64,000 nucleotides of DNA, taken from assembly GCA_963794325.1 (NCBI GenBank), contig CAWCDG010000002.1:64001-128000 (forward strand), read 5' to 3'. This DNA comes from an uncultured delta proteobacterium (GTDB taxonomy: Bacteria > Desulfobacterota > Binatia > Binatales > Binataceae). Positions 60,556-64,000 of this stretch are shown here, piece after piece. Under the pieces are notes generated by a model. The model ran no database searches, was not told the DNA's origin, and saw nothing but the letters and a program-made list of their open reading frames with translations. Both the position numbers and the translations under genes were made by a program. The first letter of the stretch is position 1. The number at the start of each line of letters is the position of its first letter.

Positions 60556-61533
60556 ATGGCCGACAGTATTCCGACCGTCCGGCGCGAGCGCGCAGGGGCG
60601 CCGGTGCATGTTCGTCTGTTCGGCGATCGAATTTTCAACACGGCGACATTTATTCTTGCACTGGCGATTCTCGGCTTGCTGTTTGGACTGGCGATTGCGC
60701 TGATTGTCAGCAGCTTCCCCGCGATACGCGCCTTCGGGTTGCATTTTTTTGTCAGCACGGAATGGGATCCCGTCGCCGATCACTACGGCGCGCTGCCGTT
60801 TATTTATGGGACGTTCGTTTCATCGATGATCGCGCTCGCAATCGCGGTGCCGCTGAGCCTCGGCGTCGCGCTATGCCTCAGCGAGATGGCGCCCGACTGG
60901 TTGAGCCATCGGTTGGGATTCCTGGTCGACTTGCTGGCCGCGATTCCGAGCGTCGTTTACGGGCTGTGGGCGGTGTTCGTGATGGGTCCGTGGATTCGCG
61001 ATTACGTCGAGCCTCCGCTCGGGCATTATTTGGGCTGGCTGCCGTTTTTCCAAGGGCCGAAAGTCGCGGTCGGGATGCTGTCGGCGGGCGTAATTCTCGC
61101 GATTATGATCATTCCGTATATATCGTCGGTCTGCACCGACGTGTTTCGAGTCGTGCCGCATACGCAACGCGAGGCCGCACTCGCGCTGGGCGCGACCAAG
61201 TGGGAGATGGTCAAGACCGCGGTGATTCCGTACGGGATGACCGGCGTGATTGGCGCGATCATTTTGGGATTGGGGCGCGCGCTCGGCGAGACGATCGCGG
61301 TGGCGATGGTAATCGGCAACTCGGCCGATATATCCGTATCGCTGTTCAAGCCGGCGGCGACCCTGGCCAGCGTGATCGCCAATGAATTCGCGGAGGCCAC
61401 CTCTGACCTTTATGTTGCGGCGCTGATCGAGCTGGGACTGGTGCTGCTGATCCTCGGGATCGTCCTCAACGTCGTAGCGCGCGCGCTGGTGCTCGGTGTG
61501 CAGCGGCGACGCTACCAGGAGGTGGGCAAGTAG
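60556..61533 (+). CDS. pstC: Phosphate ABC transporter permease PstC
   Basis: WDP, LLAAIPSVVYGLW, REAALALGATKWE, GRALGETIAV. Confidence 0.96.
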   Translation: MADSIPTVRRERAGAPVHVRLFGDRIFNTATFILALAILGLLFGLAIALIVSSFPAIRAFGLHFFVSTEWDPVADHYGALPFIYGTFVSSMIALAIAVPLSLGVALCLSEMAPDWLSHRLGFLVDLLAAIPSVVYGLWAVFVMGPWIRDYVEPPLGHYLGWLPFFQGPKVAVGMLSAGVILAIMIIPYISSVCTDVFRVVPHTQREAALALGATKWEMVKTAVIPYGMTGVIGAIILGLGRALGETIAVAMVIGNSADISVSLFKPAATLASVIANEFAEATSDLYVAALIELGLVLLILGIVLNVVARALVLGVQRRRYQEVGK

Positions 61534-62411
61534 TGGCGGCCGGCGTCCTCAGCGGTCTTCATGGCGAGAGCAGTTATCGCTATCGCAAATTCAAGAGCGA
61601 CGCGATGATGGCGGTCACGGTCGGCGCGACGATCGTGACGTTGATTCCGCTGTTTCTGGTGCTCGGATATTTGCTCACCAAAGGGTTCGCGAGTTTGAAC
61701 TGGGCGTTCTTTACGCATATGCCCGCGCCGGTCGGAGAAAAGGGCGGCGGCATGGCCAACGCGATCGTCGGCACGCTGGAAGTAGTTGGTATCGCGTGCC
61801 TGATTGGAGTGCCTATCGGGGTTGGCGCGGGACTTTACCTGGCGGCGAATCGCGCGAGTCAGTTTACGAATTGGGTGCGATTTTCGGCGGACGTGCTGAT
61901 GGGTGTGCCGTCGATCGTGGTCGGAATTTTCGCATACGCGGTGATCGTGCGTCCGTTCGGCGGATTCTCGACGCTGGCCGGCAGCGTCGCGCTGGCGGCG
62001 ATTATGATTCCGCTGGTCACGCGCACCACAGAAGAGATGGTGCTGCTGGTGCCGCCGGAGCTGCGCGAGGCGTCATTGGCGCTCGGCGTGCCGCATTGGC
62101 GCACGACATTGTCGGTGGTCGCGCGCACGGCGCTTTCGGGAATCACCACCGGCGTCATCCTGGCGGTCGCGCGAGTCTCGGGCGAGACGGCGCCGCTGCT
62201 GTTCACCGCGTTCGGCAATCGGTTCTGGTCCACCTCGCTGTTCCATCCGATAAATACCTTGACGGTGCAGGTTTACACTTATGCGATTTCGCCGTTTGCT
62301 GATTGGCAGCGGCAGGCGTGGGCGGGTGCGCTGGTGCTGACGGCGATAATTCTCGCGCTCGAATTGGGCGTGCGATGGGTGACGGGCGGGGCGGCGAAAG
62401 CGCCAAGGTAG
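61533..62411 (+). CDS. pstA: Phosphate ABC transporter permease PstA
   Basis: [36 protein letters not shown]. Confidence 0.96.
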   Translation: MAAGVLSGLHGESSYRYRKFKSDAMMAVTVGATIVTLIPLFLVLGYLLTKGFASLNWAFFTHMPAPVGEKGGGMANAIVGTLEVVGIACLIGVPIGVGAGLYLAANRASQFTNWVRFSADVLMGVPSIVVGIFAYAVIVRPFGGFSTLAGSVALAAIMIPLVTRTTEEMVLLVPPELREASLALGVPHWRTTLSVVARTALSGITTGVILAVARVSGETAPLLFTAFGNRFWSTSLFHPINTLTVQVYTYAISPFADWQRQAWAGALVLTAIILALELGVRWVTGGAAKAPR

Positions 62412-62413
62412 CC

Positions 62414-63175
62414 ATGGCCGAAAAGCTGGTCGTCAAAAATCTCAACGCGTACTTCCACAAGAATCGCGCGCTCAAGGACGTCAGCCTGTCGTTCGAGCAG
62501 GATCGGATTGCGGCGATAATCGGGCCGTCGGGATGCGGCAAATCGACGCTGGTGCGATGTCTCAACCGGATGCATGAGGTGGTGCCCGGCGCGACTGCGA
62601 CCGGCGAAGTGCTGCTCGACGGGAATAACATTTACGATGACGACGTCGATCCGGTGCAGGTGCGCCGGCGGATCGGGATGGTGTTTCAGAAGCCGACGCC
62701 GTTTCCAACCATGTCGATCGAGGACAACGTCGCGGCGGGGCTGACGCTCAACGGGGTCGCGGTAAGCCGCGCCGAGCGCGACTCGATAATCGAGCGAAGT
62801 CTGCGCCAGGCGGCGCTGTGGGACGAGGTCAAGGATCGCTTGCGGCGACCGGGCGGCAGTTTGTCGGGTGGACAGCAGCAGCGCTTGTGCGTCGCGCGGG
62901 CGCTGGCGGTTCAGCCGGAGGTGCTGTTGATGGACGAGCCGTGCTCGGCGCTCGATCCGATTTCGACCGCGCGCATCGAAGAACTATTGCTCGAACTGAA
63001 GTCGGCGTACACTATCGTCATCGTGACGCACAACATGCAGCAAGCCGCGCGCTGCTCCGACATGACCGCCTTCATGTACACCGGCGACCTGGTCGAATAC
63101 GGCGAGACCAAGCAGATATTCACGAACCCCACCCGGCGCGAGACTGAGGACTATATCACCGGGCGATTCGGCTGA
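62414..63175 (+). CDS. pstB: Phosphate ABC transporter ATPase PstB
   Basis: [38 protein letters not shown]. Confidence 0.97.
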   Translation: MAEKLVVKNLNAYFHKNRALKDVSLSFEQDRIAAIIGPSGCGKSTLVRCLNRMHEVVPGATATGEVLLDGNNIYDDDVDPVQVRRRIGMVFQKPTPFPTMSIEDNVAAGLTLNGVAVSRAERDSIIERSLRQAALWDEVKDRLRRPGGSLSGGQQQRLCVARALAVQPEVLLMDEPCSALDPISTARIEELLLELKSAYTIVIVTHNMQQAARCSDMTAFMYTGDLVEYGETKQIFTNPTRRETEDYITGRFG

Positions 63176-63191
63176 TATCGGGAAGTGTCAA

Positions 63192-63887
63192 ATGGATAAT
63201 ACACAGCCGCAGCATACGAACAGGCAGTACGAAGAGGATTTGCGCGGCCTGCGCGCCGGTCTGCTCAAGATGGGCGGGCTGGTCGAGCGGCAAATCGCGG
63301 AGGCGGTCGATGCGCTGGTGAATCGCGACAGCGACCATGCGCGCGAAGTAATCCAGCGCGACGAAGAAGTGAATCGGATGGACAACGATAACGACGAGCA
63401 GTGTATCCGGCTGCTCGCACTGCATCAGCCGACCGCCAGCGACCTGCGCTTTATCACGACGGGACTGAAAATCACCACTGACCTCGAACGAATCGGCGAC
63501 AACGCGGTCAATATCTGCGAGCGCACGCTGGAGCTGAACGAAGTGCCGCAACTGAAGCCCTACATCGACTTGCCGCGGATGGCGGAGATTGCGCAGTCGA
63601 TGGTCAAGGACAGTATCGACGCGTTCATGCGCGACGACACCGACCTGGCCGACCAGGTGATCGCGCGCGACGACGAAGTCGATTTGCTCAACTACCAGGT
63701 GTATCGCGAGCTGCTGAGCTACATGGCCGAGGATCCGCATACGATCGCGTCGGCGACGCGGCTGCTGTTCGTGTCGAAGTACCTCGAGCGGATCGCCGAT
63801 CACGCGACCAATATCGCGGAGATGGTGACGTTCATGGTCAAGGGCAAGATGATCCGTCACGTGGAAACCAAGAAGCGGGGAACCTGA
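63192..63887 (+). CDS. phoU: Phosphate signalling protein PhoU
   Basis: QPTASDLR, DLERIGD, LERIADHATNIAE. Confidence 0.97.
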   Translation: MDNTQPQHTNRQYEEDLRGLRAGLLKMGGLVERQIAEAVDALVNRDSDHAREVIQRDEEVNRMDNDNDEQCIRLLALHQPTASDLRFITTGLKITTDLERIGDNAVNICERTLELNEVPQLKPYIDLPRMAEIAQSMVKDSIDAFMRDDTDLADQVIARDDEVDLLNYQVYRELLSYMAEDPHTIASATRLLFVSKYLERIADHATNIAEMVTFMVKGKMIRHVETKKRGT

Positions 63888-63912
63888 TTTATAAGGTGGA
63901 GGGGGAGCAGCG

Positions 63913-64000
63913 ATGAATCAAACCAGCCAGCAGGCGACAAACGCAATGTCGGAAGCGCAACGCGGACTTCGGTACCGCGTGCTGATCGTCGAGGACGACG
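63913..64000 (+). CDS. Response regulator N-terminus (probably PhoB), truncated by the window edge
   Basis: RVLIVEDD receiver start directly after phoU. Confidence 0.65.
   Translation, partial: MNQTSQQATNAMSEAQRGLRYRVLIVEDD

Overview
GC-rich (roughly 60-65% by eye) bacterial chromosomal window. The gene content suggests Candidatus Binatota or a deltaproteobacterial relative, which is an inference. In order it carries: (1) a hopanoid cluster (shc, dxr, hpnC/D/E/A, a CruF-like membrane protein, SDR, HpnG-like, hpnK); (2) an M1 aminopeptidase followed by a probable selenoprotein split in the ORF track (WASW-UGA-GC plus a SECIS-like hairpin); (3) catabolic and housekeeping genes (enoyl-CoA hydratases, mrp, ferredoxin, ino1, coaBC, udg, nfeD/SPFH); (4) an integrase-less 3.8-kb accessory insert bounded by three copies of the 3' end of a histidine phosphatase gene, carrying an APH-like kinase, a cyclase-like remnant, a toxin-antitoxin pair and a HEPN-like ORF; (5) recO, RavA-like ATPase, CoA transferase, tldD/pmbA, HTH-citrate synthase and gatCAB; (6) a region at 53-60 kb dominated by a family of long, hairpin-rich non-coding repeats that bracket foreign cargo, including a broken NirB-N-terminus/PNPOx-like fusion; (7) yraN, serS, pstCAB-phoU and the start of a PhoB-like regulator, with a candidate Pho box. 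Several single-base frameshifts suggest indel errors in the assembly. I saw no rRNA, tRNA, CRISPR array, integrase or transposase.
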